Assembly: GCA_041288095.1 (NCBI GenBank)
Contig: JBGGMJ010000063.1
Coordinates: forward strand, 1 to 17,199
DNA length: 17,199 nucleotides
Direction of reading: 5' to 3'
Origin: Myxococcota bacterium
GTDB lineage: Bacteria > Myxococcota > XYA12-FULL-58-9 > JALHOP01
The position numbers were made by a program, and so were the translations under genes. Numbering within the stretch: the stretch's first letter is position 1; every line of letters starts with the position of its first letter. Positions 1 through 7,773 of this stretch are shown piece by piece. The notes under the pieces were generated by a model, which did no database searches, had not been told where the DNA came from, and saw only the letters and a list, made by a program, of their open reading frames with translations.

Positions 1-30
1 CTCATGCGCTTGCGCGACCTCGTGCGACAC

Positions 31-60
31 AGCAGAATGCGCGTTGACGCGCATTCCGCT
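31..60. repeat. Inverted repeat/hairpin AGCAGAATGCGCGT-TG-ACGCGCATTCCGCT; possible terminator, stabiliser or operator
   Basis: Perfect 10-bp arms (35-44 and 47-56). On the minus-strand RNA it extends to a 13-bp stem with one G.U pair and a UCAA loop. It lies about 150 nt downstream of the TBDR stop and has no clear U-tract. Confidence 0.6.
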
Positions 61-161
61 AAAGCGGCCACACCGATATAGCTGGAGCTCCCGGCAGCGC
101 AGCACAACCTCACGGCTCACGCAGAACCCTTAAACTCCAAAGCTGGCGAAGGCGCCCGGGT

Positions 162-206
162 CTCGCAAGCGCCAGCGTCACGGCCTCGCAAGCACCAGCG
201 CCACGG
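162..206. repeat. Two-copy tandem repeat, 23-bp period
   Basis: CTCGCAAGCGCCAGCGTCACGG (162-183) vs CTCGCAAGCACCAGCGCCACGG (185-206): 20/22 identical. Confidence 0.75.
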
Positions 207-210
207 TCGG

Positions 211-2493
211 TCAGTAAGCAACCTCGATACCGGCGAAAATGAGGCGGGGATTCTGCGGCGTCCGCACCAAAGCATCCCCCGAGCTTTGTTGCGACACGTT
301 GCTGTAACGACGGTCGAGCAAGTTGTCGACGCGCACGAAAGCGCCACCCTTCACCCCGGCGAGCTCGATGACGTCGTCGATGCGCGCGAAAGCGTTCACG
401 AGCACGTACTGGCGCGCGCGGTTCGCTTCGAAGCGCTCCGTCTCGTAGCGCAGGTGCGCGGTTTCGGAGACGAACATGGCGCGCGGTGAGAAGCGCACCT
501 TCCAGATCGCGAGGTCGACGCCTCCCTGGATGAGATGCTTTCCCGAATAGGTGAGCGGCGCGTCACCGATCTTGCCGTCGGTATACGTGTAGGCCGACCA
601 TAGCGTACTCTTTAGCGGACCAACCTCGAAGACCGCATCGACGCGCCCGGTTCCGCCCCACACCTTGCTGTCGCCACGGTTCGTCGGCACCACGGCCTGG
701 AGAATCTGCACGCCCTTGAAGGTCTGATTGGCGCGTAGCTCATCGACGATGAGGTCGTCGATCCGCAGGTAGAAGCCGTTCAACGACACGGCCACGTTGT
801 CCCCGACCTGCAAGGATGCGCCCGCTTCGGCGGAGCGGAGCTTCTGCGGATCGAGCTCCGCGTTCGGGAGCCGCCACTCCGTGCCGACCACGCCGACGAT
901 CTCGCCGCCGGCATTGCGCTGCGGCGCGAACGCGCCTTGGCTCCGATAGGACTGGTAGACCGAAGGCTGCAAGAACGACTCGCCGTAGAGCAGCTTGAGC
1001 TTCAAGGTGGGCAGCGGCGTCAAGACGATGCCCAGACGAGGATTGATGCTTCCGCTATAGCGAGTGCTGCCGTCGACGCGGACACCGCCGGTCAGCGCGA
1101 CCCAATCGAACGGCCGAGCCTGGACTTGCGCGTAGACGCCGTAGTTTTGGAACTCGACGTTGTAGAAGTCCTGGAGGATGAGCAACGACTGCCGGTCGCG
1201 GTCGACGATGTCGGTGCCGAAGTAATAGAGGTTCTGCAGCTGGCCGGCCCGATCGGTTTGATACTTCGAGGGCAAGAACGCGGTCTCGGCTAGAGCGGCG
1301 AGGTTCTCGTACGAAGCGCCGGCGACGAAGGACAAGCGCTCGAGCGGTTGCCAGGTGAATTCTTCCTGGAGCTTCGCGCTCCGGCCCCAGCCGTATCGGA
1401 AACCGTCTTGATAGTTGGTGGCGGTGCTCACGAAGAGCGAGTCGGGGTCGACTTGATACCAGCCGAGCGACAGCGTGCTGGTGAGCGTCCAGCACCCGCA
1501 GCCGGCCTTGAGGGTGTGGCGCAGGTAGGCCGCTTCCATCTGAATGGAGTAGCGCGAGTCCTCTTGGTAGACGTGGTAGTCCGAGCTGCCGCCCAGCGCC
1601 GAGCTGTGCCCTTCCTTGCCGCGGTAGTAACCGAGCTCGAAGTCGCCGTATGAGAAGCGCGCATGCAAAGCGTAGGCGCGGGACGGCATGGCGAAATCGC
1701 GTCGCGGTACTTGGACGAGCGTGTCCGGAGAATCGACCGAAGAGCGCATGGCGCCGGTCTGGCTGTACACGTCGCGATACCAAGAGAACTGCTCGGGATA
1801 GAGCGACGCGAGATTCGCCTCGTCGGACGCGTGGTAGGAGCCGTCGAGCGCGAGCTGGAAATCTTTCGTCCGCAACCCGGCCGCGAAAGCGCCGTTCTTC
1901 GTATCGAAGCGACCGTACGAAAGCTGCGCCCGCCCACCGACGAGCTTGTCCGCGGAGAGCTCCGCGCCCGTCTTGGTGATGATGTTGACGACACCGCTGA
2001 AGGCGTCTGGCCCGTACAGCGCCGAGGCGGGCCCGAGCACGACCTCCACACGCTTGACGTTCACGACTGGGTAATTGTCGTGCAGCGGGATCGGCGTGTT
2101 GGTCGCCGGCGTCACACGCACGCCGTCCATGAGCACGACGAGCTTGTCGTTGCCGGTCACGCCGCGGATAGCGACGATGTTGCGTGTCTCGGGATCGGAG
2201 TTGCGCTGGATCTGCACACCAGGAATGTCCAGCAGGACGTCCTCGATGTTGCGGTAGCCGCGCGCGCGAATGGTCTCTTCGGTGACGACGTAGACGGTTG
2301 CCGGCACGTCGTCTACGCGCTGTGATTGACGGGTCGCGGTGACGGTCTCGAGGCCGAGCAGGCTCTCGATCGAGACCTCCGACAGCTCGGTATTGTCCGG
2401 TAGCTGCTCTAGCCCGCCGCTGGCTTCGGTCGACTCCTCTTCGGCCGCAATAGCGGACACGCAGAGAAACACGCAACTAGCAAGCAGGTTCAT
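211..2493 (-). CDS. TonB-dependent outer-membrane receptor (760 aa), of the type often found next to YfiR-family genes
   Basis: Signal peptide; 'ELSEVSIESLLGLETVTATR' leader/TonB-box region; plug motifs 'VPATVYVVTEETIRARGYRNIEDVLLDIPG', 'IRG', 'VLMDG', 'RVEVVLGPASALYG..AFSGVVNIITK'; C-terminal 'VDNLLDRRY...PRLIFAGIEVAY' ending in an aromatic residue. Confidence 0.95.
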   Translation of the reverse strand: MNLLASCVFLCVSAIAAEEESTEASGGLEQLPDNTELSEVSIESLLGLETVTATRQSQRVDDVPATVYVVTEETIRARGYRNIEDVLLDIPGVQIQRNSDPETRNIVAIRGVTGNDKLVVLMDGVRVTPATNTPIPLHDNYPVVNVKRVEVVLGPASALYGPDAFSGVVNIITKTGAELSADKLVGGRAQLSYGRFDTKNGAFAAGLRTKDFQLALDGSYHASDEANLASLYPEQFSWYRDVYSQTGAMRSSVDSPDTLVQVPRRDFAMPSRAYALHARFSYGDFELGYYRGKEGHSSALGGSSDYHVYQEDSRYSIQMEAAYLRHTLKAGCGCWTLTSTLSLGWYQVDPDSLFVSTATNYQDGFRYGWGRSAKLQEEFTWQPLERLSFVAGASYENLAALAETAFLPSKYQTDRAGQLQNLYYFGTDIVDRDRQSLLILQDFYNVEFQNYGVYAQVQARPFDWVALTGGVRVDGSTRYSGSINPRLGIVLTPLPTLKLKLLYGESFLQPSVYQSYRSQGAFAPQRNAGGEIVGVVGTEWRLPNAELDPQKLRSAEAGASLQVGDNVAVSLNGFYLRIDDLIVDELRANQTFKGVQILQAVVPTNRGDSKVWGGTGRVDAVFEVGPLKSTLWSAYTYTDGKIGDAPLTYSGKHLIQGGVDLAIWKVRFSPRAMFVSETAHLRYETERFEANRARQYVLVNAFARIDDVIELAGVKGGAFVRVDNLLDRRYSNVSQQSSGDALVRTPQNPRLIFAGIEVAY

Positions 2494-2506
2494 CGAAGCT
2501 CAGCCG

Positions 2507-3850
2507 TCAGAAGGGCGCGAGCGGGAACTGCATGTCCGCGGTCGCGAGGTCGAAGGGGTAGACAATCTCCAGCGACTGCTCGCCGGCGTTGCGCTGGTAT
2601 TGATAGATGACGCCGGACCCGAGGATGTTCTGGCCAACCTCGCCGGAGGTGTCGCCGGCGCTCGAGAACTTCACGCCCGCCCACGGCACGATGAGCTGCT
2701 CAGCCGGCAAGAGCAGCGTGTTCGCCGCTTGTTGGATGTCGGCGGCGTCGGTGGTCCGCGCCTTCTCGAGGATCGAGGCCCAGGTCTGGACGCCGGTGAA
2801 GGAGCGAGCCGAGGCGCTGTTCAAATCGCGGGTGGTGCGCTCCTTGTAGAGATCGTTGATGTTCGCCGCGACCGCCTTGGTCTCGGTGATCTTGGGCAGG
2901 AAGACGCTGCGGCTGATGATGCCGTCGAGACCGGTGCCGAGCGCGGTGCGGAACGCTTGCGACGAGATGCCGGTGTCTTGGCCCCAGATGATCTGCGGCA
3001 TTTCGGCGACGCCGTCGATGACCCGCTGGCGAATGCCTTGCACGAGCTTGATGGTGTCTTGGTCGTACCCCGCGAGCAGAATGACCTGAGGGTCGCCAGC
3101 GAGCAGCGTGTTCAGCGCCGTCGAAATCTCCGTGTCCAGGTTCGCCGCGGCTGCGTTGTAGAGCACCGTGGCCACGACGCTGTAATTGTACGTGGTTCGC
3201 GCGGCGAGCTCGGTGACCAAGGCACAGTTGTTGGAGCCAAACGCCGTGTTTTCGCAGGCCGCCGCGATGCGCGTGATGTTCGCCTTCGGGACCGCCGTGA
3301 CGCCACGCACCGAGCCTTCGGACAGGCCGTTCAAGAGCTTGAAGAGATCCTCGACGAAATAGCGATCGTGAGGTGTGGTGCGCCAGAACCACTCGAGACC
3401 ATTGGTGGTCAGGGTCGGTGCGGTCGAGGCCGCGTTGATCACAGGCACGCCGCGAGCCTTCATGGCCGTGCTCACTGCTTGGGTGACCGCGCTTTGATAG
3501 GAGCCCAAGATGCCGACGACGCCGTCTTCATCGACGAGAGCGTTCGCCGCCGCCACGCCTTGGTCGGCGTTACCACCATCATCCCTGAAAACCAGCTCGA
3601 CGGTGGCGTTGTCCTGCGACTCGATGCCTTCGTTCGCGGCGATGGTCATCGCGATGCTCGAGCGCTTTTCGTTGATGATATCGCGGGCGAGCTCGGCTCC
3701 GGCGCGGTAGTCGATGCCGTCCGACGCCGAGGTCCCGGTCTCTGGGTAGACGACTCCGATTTTGATGGTCTTCGCGTCATCGCTGCCGCACGCCGCGGCC
3801 CAGCAACAAGCAAGTGTGACAACGATCCCAGCGAGTCGATTCGTGGTCAT
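2507..3850 (-). CDS. LivK/Leu-Ile-Val-like (type 1 periplasmic binding fold) substrate-binding lipoprotein, 447 aa
   Basis: Start reassigned to ATG 3850 (AGGAG 5 nt upstream); lipobox-like WAAA-C; 'TIKIGVVYPETG', 'GILGSYQSAVT', 'STAPTLT..GLEWFWRTTPHD' are typical of branched-chain amino acid-type SBPs. Confidence 0.9.
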   Translation of the reverse strand: MTTNRLAGIVVTLACCWAAACGSDDAKTIKIGVVYPETGTSASDGIDYRAGAELARDIINEKRSSIAMTIAANEGIESQDNATVELVFRDDGGNADQGVAAANALVDEDGVVGILGSYQSAVTQAVSTAMKARGVPVINAASTAPTLTTNGLEWFWRTTPHDRYFVEDLFKLLNGLSEGSVRGVTAVPKANITRIAAACENTAFGSNNCALVTELAARTTYNYSVVATVLYNAAAANLDTEISTALNTLLAGDPQVILLAGYDQDTIKLVQGIRQRVIDGVAEMPQIIWGQDTGISSQAFRTALGTGLDGIISRSVFLPKITETKAVAANINDLYKERTTRDLNSASARSFTGVQTWASILEKARTTDAADIQQAANTLLLPAEQLIVPWAGVKFSSAGDTSGEVGQNILGSGVIYQYQRNAGEQSLEIVYPFDLATADMQFPLAPF

Positions 3851-3978
3851 GAAGGCTCCTCGTTCAGCGCAGCGCAGGTTACCGGGCTCTAGGAGTCGCG
3901 CGCAACAAACCGTGTAACAACGCGCGTGCGGGTTTACTCGCGACGCACGTGCTGTCAGAAAGAGGGCACAAACGCCCA

Positions 3979-4569
3979 ATGCGACTCCATTTCACCGCCG
4001 CCACGCTCGCGGTCTTTGTTCTGACCCTCATCAGCGCGCGCCCGGCATACGGCGAGCCGCAGATGTCATCGCAGCGGCAGGCGGCGATTCTCGGACGCGT
4101 GTTGGCCTACGACCGCGGCATGAAGGAGCGCGCTGGGGACAGTGTCGTCGTCGCGGTGCTCTACCGCATGGGCAACCCAGGATCCGAGACCTGCTCGAAT
4201 CAAATGTTCGAGGGCTTCCGTTCGGTCGAGCGCTTCGTGCTCCATGGACTTCCGTTCAAGGTGATCCGGCTCACCTATGACGCCGGCGGCGTCTGGCGAG
4301 ACACCCTGCGCAGCGACGGTGTCGACGCCATGTACGTTTGCGACGGCCTCGACGAGGAGCTCGACACCATCGCGAGCACGGCACGACAACGGAAAATCAC
4401 GACGATGGGCGCGCGCGAAGAGTTCGTGACACGAGCTCTCGCCATCGGTGTCTTCGCCTCGGACGACAAGCCGGTCATCTTGATCAACTACGCGGTGAGC
4501 CAGGAGCAAGGGGCGGTCTTCGGCAGCGAGCTCATGCGCGTGGCCACGGTCATCAACCACCCGCATTGA
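3979..4569 (+). CDS. YfiR/HmsC family (DUF4154) periplasmic protein, 196 aa
   Basis: Start taken as ATG 3979, which precedes a signal peptide (MRLHFTAATLAVFVLTLISARPAYG). 'QAAILGRVLAYD' and the C-terminal 'AIGV...KPVILINYAVSQEQGAVFGSELMRVATVI' match the YfiR-family pattern as I recall it. Confidence 0.8.
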   Translation: MRLHFTAATLAVFVLTLISARPAYGEPQMSSQRQAAILGRVLAYDRGMKERAGDSVVVAVLYRMGNPGSETCSNQMFEGFRSVERFVLHGLPFKVIRLTYDAGGVWRDTLRSDGVDAMYVCDGLDEELDTIASTARQRKITTMGAREEFVTRALAIGVFASDDKPVILINYAVSQEQGAVFGSELMRVATVINHPH

Positions 4570-4585
4570 GCCGCTCCACGCGCCA

Positions 4586-6688
4586 CTAGAAGAAGAACGT
4601 CGCCGTCGCCTGGGCGTTCACGGGCGCGCCTGGCGTGAAGTGAATGTCCTCGACCGGCGCTGACTCGCTCGCGAGCCGCGATGCGTTGGCGAACTGCGCC
4701 TCTCTCCACGAGGTGTTCAAGACATTCTGCACGGCCACCGCGAGCTGGACGAACGCGTAGCGGTAGCCCACTGTCGCGTCGAGCCGGGTGAAGCCTTCGG
4801 CGGTGAGAGACCCGTCCTCGAGCGCGGGGCGGTCCCCGATGTGAAAGATGCCGACACGGCCGTAGATGCCGATCGGGTGTCTCACCGAGACACCGCCTTG
4901 CACGACGAGCTTCGGCGCCAAGGCAACGGCATCGCCATTGCCGGCGTTCTCGACATAGCGCGCCTTCGTCGCGGTGACATCCGCGTCAGCGAACAACCAC
5001 GGCAAGATCCGCAAACGCGCTTCGCCCTCGAAGCCATAGCGGCTCGTCGCGCCGCGAGCCTCCGTCGTGCCCTCGTCACCGACCCAGACGATCTCGCTGT
5101 CCAGCCGCAGGTGGAAAAACGTCGCGGCGAGATCGAGGCGTTCGAACAGCCGCACGCGGCTGCCGGCTTCGTAGCCCATGGCGCGGGTCAGCGGCTTCAC
5201 GGCGTCCTGGCTGCGCACGACACCACGTGCGTCGTTCGAGTGAAAGCCGGTGCCGAAGTTCAGATAGATGTCCCAGTCGGCGAGGGGCGTGAAAACGAGG
5301 CTGGCCTTGGGACTCGCAATGGCCGCCTGCTGCACGCCCGAAGCGCGGTCACCGATGGTGCTCGTGTCCTCGAGGCGGTCGTCGACCGAGAAACCGAAGT
5401 AGTCGGCGCGTATACCGATCACCGAGCGCAGCCACGGCGTCCACGAGATATCCTCCTGGGCGTAGACACCGAGACTGGTCTCGGCCACGTGCGCGTCGAC
5501 GACCTCGGCGAGACGTTCGCGGCGCACGTCGTAGTACAAGGCGTTGTCGATGGTGTCGGTGCGCGTCTGCACACCGAAGGTTCCGTCGAAGCGGACACCG
5601 CCGAGCCTGCGCACGAAACGATAGCTGCCTTTGAGCCCCAGGACATTGCGCGCGTCGGTCTGCTCGATCATGTCGCCGTTCACCTGATCACGCGCGAAGA
5701 ACGTCAGGTTCGAGAACAGGCTCAGCCGATAATTGATGAAGTACGCGAGCAAGTTGACCTCGCCATCGTCGTCGGCGGCGCGATACGTCGCGTAGACGGA
5801 GTGGCGCGCTGAGTTGCCGCCTTCGAGCGGGTCGACGAAGCCGAAGCGGTCGATCGAGCCGTCGCGCACCGCGCGCAACGGGACTTGGCCCGATGCCCGC
5901 CAGCCGCCGCCGTAGCTCGTCGCCGCGAGCGCCAACGTGCCGCCGTTGTCGAGCTCGCGCGTCAGCTTGGCGAAGACGTTGTAGCGCTTGAGGCGCTCCG
6001 GGTTATCGAAGGGACCATCGCTGCCGTAGATCTCCGCGGCCAGCACGGGTTTCCAGGTCTCGAAGTGCGGCGTCACCATCATCAAGGCGCGGTACGTATT
6101 GAACGAACCACCGGTGAGCGAGACGCTGTTGCCGTCGAAGTGGTTGTAGGTCGCGAGGTTGATGGCGCCGGCGGTCGCGAAGTCGCCCTGGTCGGCGAAA
6201 TACGGGCCCTTGCTGACTTCGATGCGCTTCACAACTTCGGGGATCACCCAGTGCAGGTCGGCGTACCCCTGCCCGTGCCCGTGACTCACCATGTTGACGG
6301 GGACGCCGTCGACCGAGAGCGCGAGGTCGGTGCCGTGGTCGGCGTCGAAGCCGCGAAGGAAGTATTGATTCGCCTTGCCGCCACCGGCGTGCTGAATGAC
6401 GAACAGTCCTGGAGTCACCATGAGGATGTCGGCGGGCCGTGGGTGCGGGCGCAGCAAGAAGTCGCGATCGCGGACGGTCATGGATGACGCAGCGGTCATC
6501 GGCCGCTTCGTCGTGACCACGGTCTCGTAGCTCGGGTCCGCCACAGCGGACGCATCCGGCGGGGGCTCCGTGGGCGTGACGGCCTCGACCGGCTGCTCTA
6601 CCTCTTGTTCCTCATGCGCGGATGCCGAGCTCGCGCTCAGCACGACCACGAACCCCATCACCGCGGACGTGCGCTGCCAACTCGTCAT
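4586..6688 (-). CDS. TonB-dependent receptor (700 aa), His-rich plug family, probable metal uptake
   Basis: AGGAG RBS 7 nt upstream; signal peptide ending ASA-H; 'ETVVTT' TonB box; plug 'PGLFVIQHAGGGKANQYFLRGFDADHGTD...VDGVPVNMVSHGHGQGYAD...IEVSKGPY'; ends in FFF. Confidence 0.95.
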   Translation of the reverse strand: MTSWQRTSAVMGFVVVLSASSASAHEEQEVEQPVEAVTPTEPPPDASAVADPSYETVVTTKRPMTAASSMTVRDRDFLLRPHPRPADILMVTPGLFVIQHAGGGKANQYFLRGFDADHGTDLALSVDGVPVNMVSHGHGQGYADLHWVIPEVVKRIEVSKGPYFADQGDFATAGAINLATYNHFDGNSVSLTGGSFNTYRALMMVTPHFETWKPVLAAEIYGSDGPFDNPERLKRYNVFAKLTRELDNGGTLALAATSYGGGWRASGQVPLRAVRDGSIDRFGFVDPLEGGNSARHSVYATYRAADDDGEVNLLAYFINYRLSLFSNLTFFARDQVNGDMIEQTDARNVLGLKGSYRFVRRLGGVRFDGTFGVQTRTDTIDNALYYDVRRERLAEVVDAHVAETSLGVYAQEDISWTPWLRSVIGIRADYFGFSVDDRLEDTSTIGDRASGVQQAAIASPKASLVFTPLADWDIYLNFGTGFHSNDARGVVRSQDAVKPLTRAMGYEAGSRVRLFERLDLAATFFHLRLDSEIVWVGDEGTTEARGATSRYGFEGEARLRILPWLFADADVTATKARYVENAGNGDAVALAPKLVVQGGVSVRHPIGIYGRVGIFHIGDRPALEDGSLTAEGFTRLDATVGYRYAFVQLAVAVQNVLNTSWREAQFANASRLASESAPVEDIHFTPGAPVNAQATATFFF

Positions 6689-6722
6689 GACGGGACTCCT
6701 CTCTCGATGCGTGCGCCGTGAC

Positions 6723-6749
6723 TACGAAGCAGCGCCCCACTTCGGATGC
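6723..6749 (-). promoter_or_regulatory. Putative ECF sigma promoter GCATCC-N17-CGTA for the TBDR gene
   Basis: Minus strand reads TGCATCC gaagtggggcgctgctt CGTAGT, with the CGTA 34 nt upstream of the ATG. It resembles ATCC/CGTA-type ECF promoters and has a matching motif on the other strand. Confidence 0.6.
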
Positions 6750-6764
6750 ATGCGCACACATTTA

Positions 6765-6790
6765 GAATCCTTTAGCCCTCGCGGTCCGTA
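6765..6790 (+). promoter_or_regulatory. Putative ECF sigma promoter GAATCC-N16-CGTA for the DUF4331 operon
   Basis: GAATCC tttagccctcgcggtc CGTA, about 60 nt upstream of ATG 6853. Confidence 0.6.
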
Positions 6791-6852
6791 AGACCGTGCA
6801 AATCACAGCGCGCACGCGGCCCATGAGCGTCCGTGCGAAAGGCAAGAACCTC

Positions 6853-7773
6853 ATGAGAGTCAGAGGAAGGTCGTGGTGTGTGACGGCGGTCACGCTGGTG
6901 CTAGCCGGCACGGCCGTCGTCGCATGCAAGGACGACATGGAACGCAAACCGGCGGACCTGGAAAAAGTTTCGCTGCAAGACACGCGCGTCGAGCCGCCGG
7001 GGGCAAACTGCCAATACGGCGGTATCGCCGCGCGCACCGGCCTCGATGACGACGACGACGGCGTCCTCGCTGACAGCGAGGTCACCGCGACGACGTATGA
7101 CTGCGGGGCTCCGGTTCAGCGGAGCGCTGGCGCCATCACCACCCAGGCTCAGGCTGACGCTTTGGCGGATGTCGACATCATCACCGGCAACCTGATCGTG
7201 GACGGCGGTGATGTGACGAGTCTCACGTTGCCCAAGCTCCAACGTGTCCATGGCGGCGTCACCATCACCGACAACGCGTCACTCACATCCATCGCCTTGG
7301 CTGCGTTGACCACCGTGGACGGTGCCTTCGATGTCGACGGCAACGGCGCCCTGGCGACGATCGACCTCGGTTCGCTCGCCACCGTCGGCGGCCACTGCGT
7401 CGTTACGGCGGCGGCGGGCACGACGTCGATCGACCTTGGAGCGCTCGCGAGCATCACCGGTGACTTCGCGCTGAACGGCGGCGGCAGCAACGCGGCGGTG
7501 ACCCTGCACCCGCCCAGCAGCGTCGGCCAGGACATGACGATCGACGGACTCAAGCTCACCGCTTTGGCGTTCGACGCCGGCAGCACCGGCGGCGACCTGT
7601 CGATCAGCAACAACGGAGTGCTCACGGCCCTCACCGCGAACGGTGCCGTCACCGTCGGCGGCAAGGTCTACGTGACCAACAACCCAACCCTTGCAACCGC
7701 CGTGGCGAGCACCTTCGCCGCCTCGACGTCCGCTTCAGCGGTCAACCGAATCATCAAAGGAAACGCGCCATGA
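6853..7773 (+). CDS. Lipoprotein with an acidic Cys-loop module (DUF7151-like) and receptor-L-domain-like LRR repeats, 306 aa
   Basis: Start chosen at ATG 6853 to give a lipoprotein signal (…LAGTAVVA-C). Contains 'EPPGANCQYGG...GLDDDDDGVLADSEV...YDC' and ~22-aa repeats LxxLxxVxGxxxIxxNxxLxxI. Stop overlaps the next ATG (ATGA). Confidence 0.8.
   Translation: MRVRGRSWCVTAVTLVLAGTAVVACKDDMERKPADLEKVSLQDTRVEPPGANCQYGGIAARTGLDDDDDGVLADSEVTATTYDCGAPVQRSAGAITTQAQADALADVDIITGNLIVDGGDVTSLTLPKLQRVHGGVTITDNASLTSIALAALTTVDGAFDVDGNGALATIDLGSLATVGGHCVVTAAAGTTSIDLGALASITGDFALNGGGSNAAVTLHPPSSVGQDMTIDGLKLTALAFDAGSTGGDLSISNNGVLTALTANGAVTVGGKVYVTNNPTLATAVASTFAASTSASAVNRIIKGNAP

Noticed and set aside
162-206. 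CRISPR-like repeat
   Set aside because: Only two copies separated by 1 nt, with no spacers and no cas genes.
117-347. 76-aa minus-strand ORF overlapping the TBDR 3' end
   Set aside because: It is mostly off-frame overlap, has no evident RBS or motif, and runs through the tandem repeat.
1055-2476. 473-aa Arg-rich same-strand alternative-frame ORF (also 2700-3392, 14468-15286, 16054-16512)
   Set aside because: The Arg/Pro/Ala-rich composition is typical of off-frame GC-rich sequence inside real genes.
2339-3892. 517-aa plus-strand ORF, and other long antisense ORFs (1663-2325, 4841-5812, 7995-9185, 10285-11082, 11725-12567, 13803-15146, 15971-16654)
   Set aside because: They are antisense shadows of well-supported genes, expected from high-GC codon bias, and show no recognisable motifs.
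3851-3979. ORF-track starts at 3979 (minus, SBP) and 3949 (plus, YfiR)
   Set aside because: ATG 3850 has an AGGAG RBS and a lipoprotein signal, and ATG 3979 directly precedes a signal peptide. The longer versions would overlap head-to-head and leave no promoter space.
6689-6852. Cobalamin or other riboswitch upstream of the TBDR
   Set aside because: No B12-box or other aptamer consensus recognised, and the inferred leader is only about 30 nt. An Rfam scan would be decisive.
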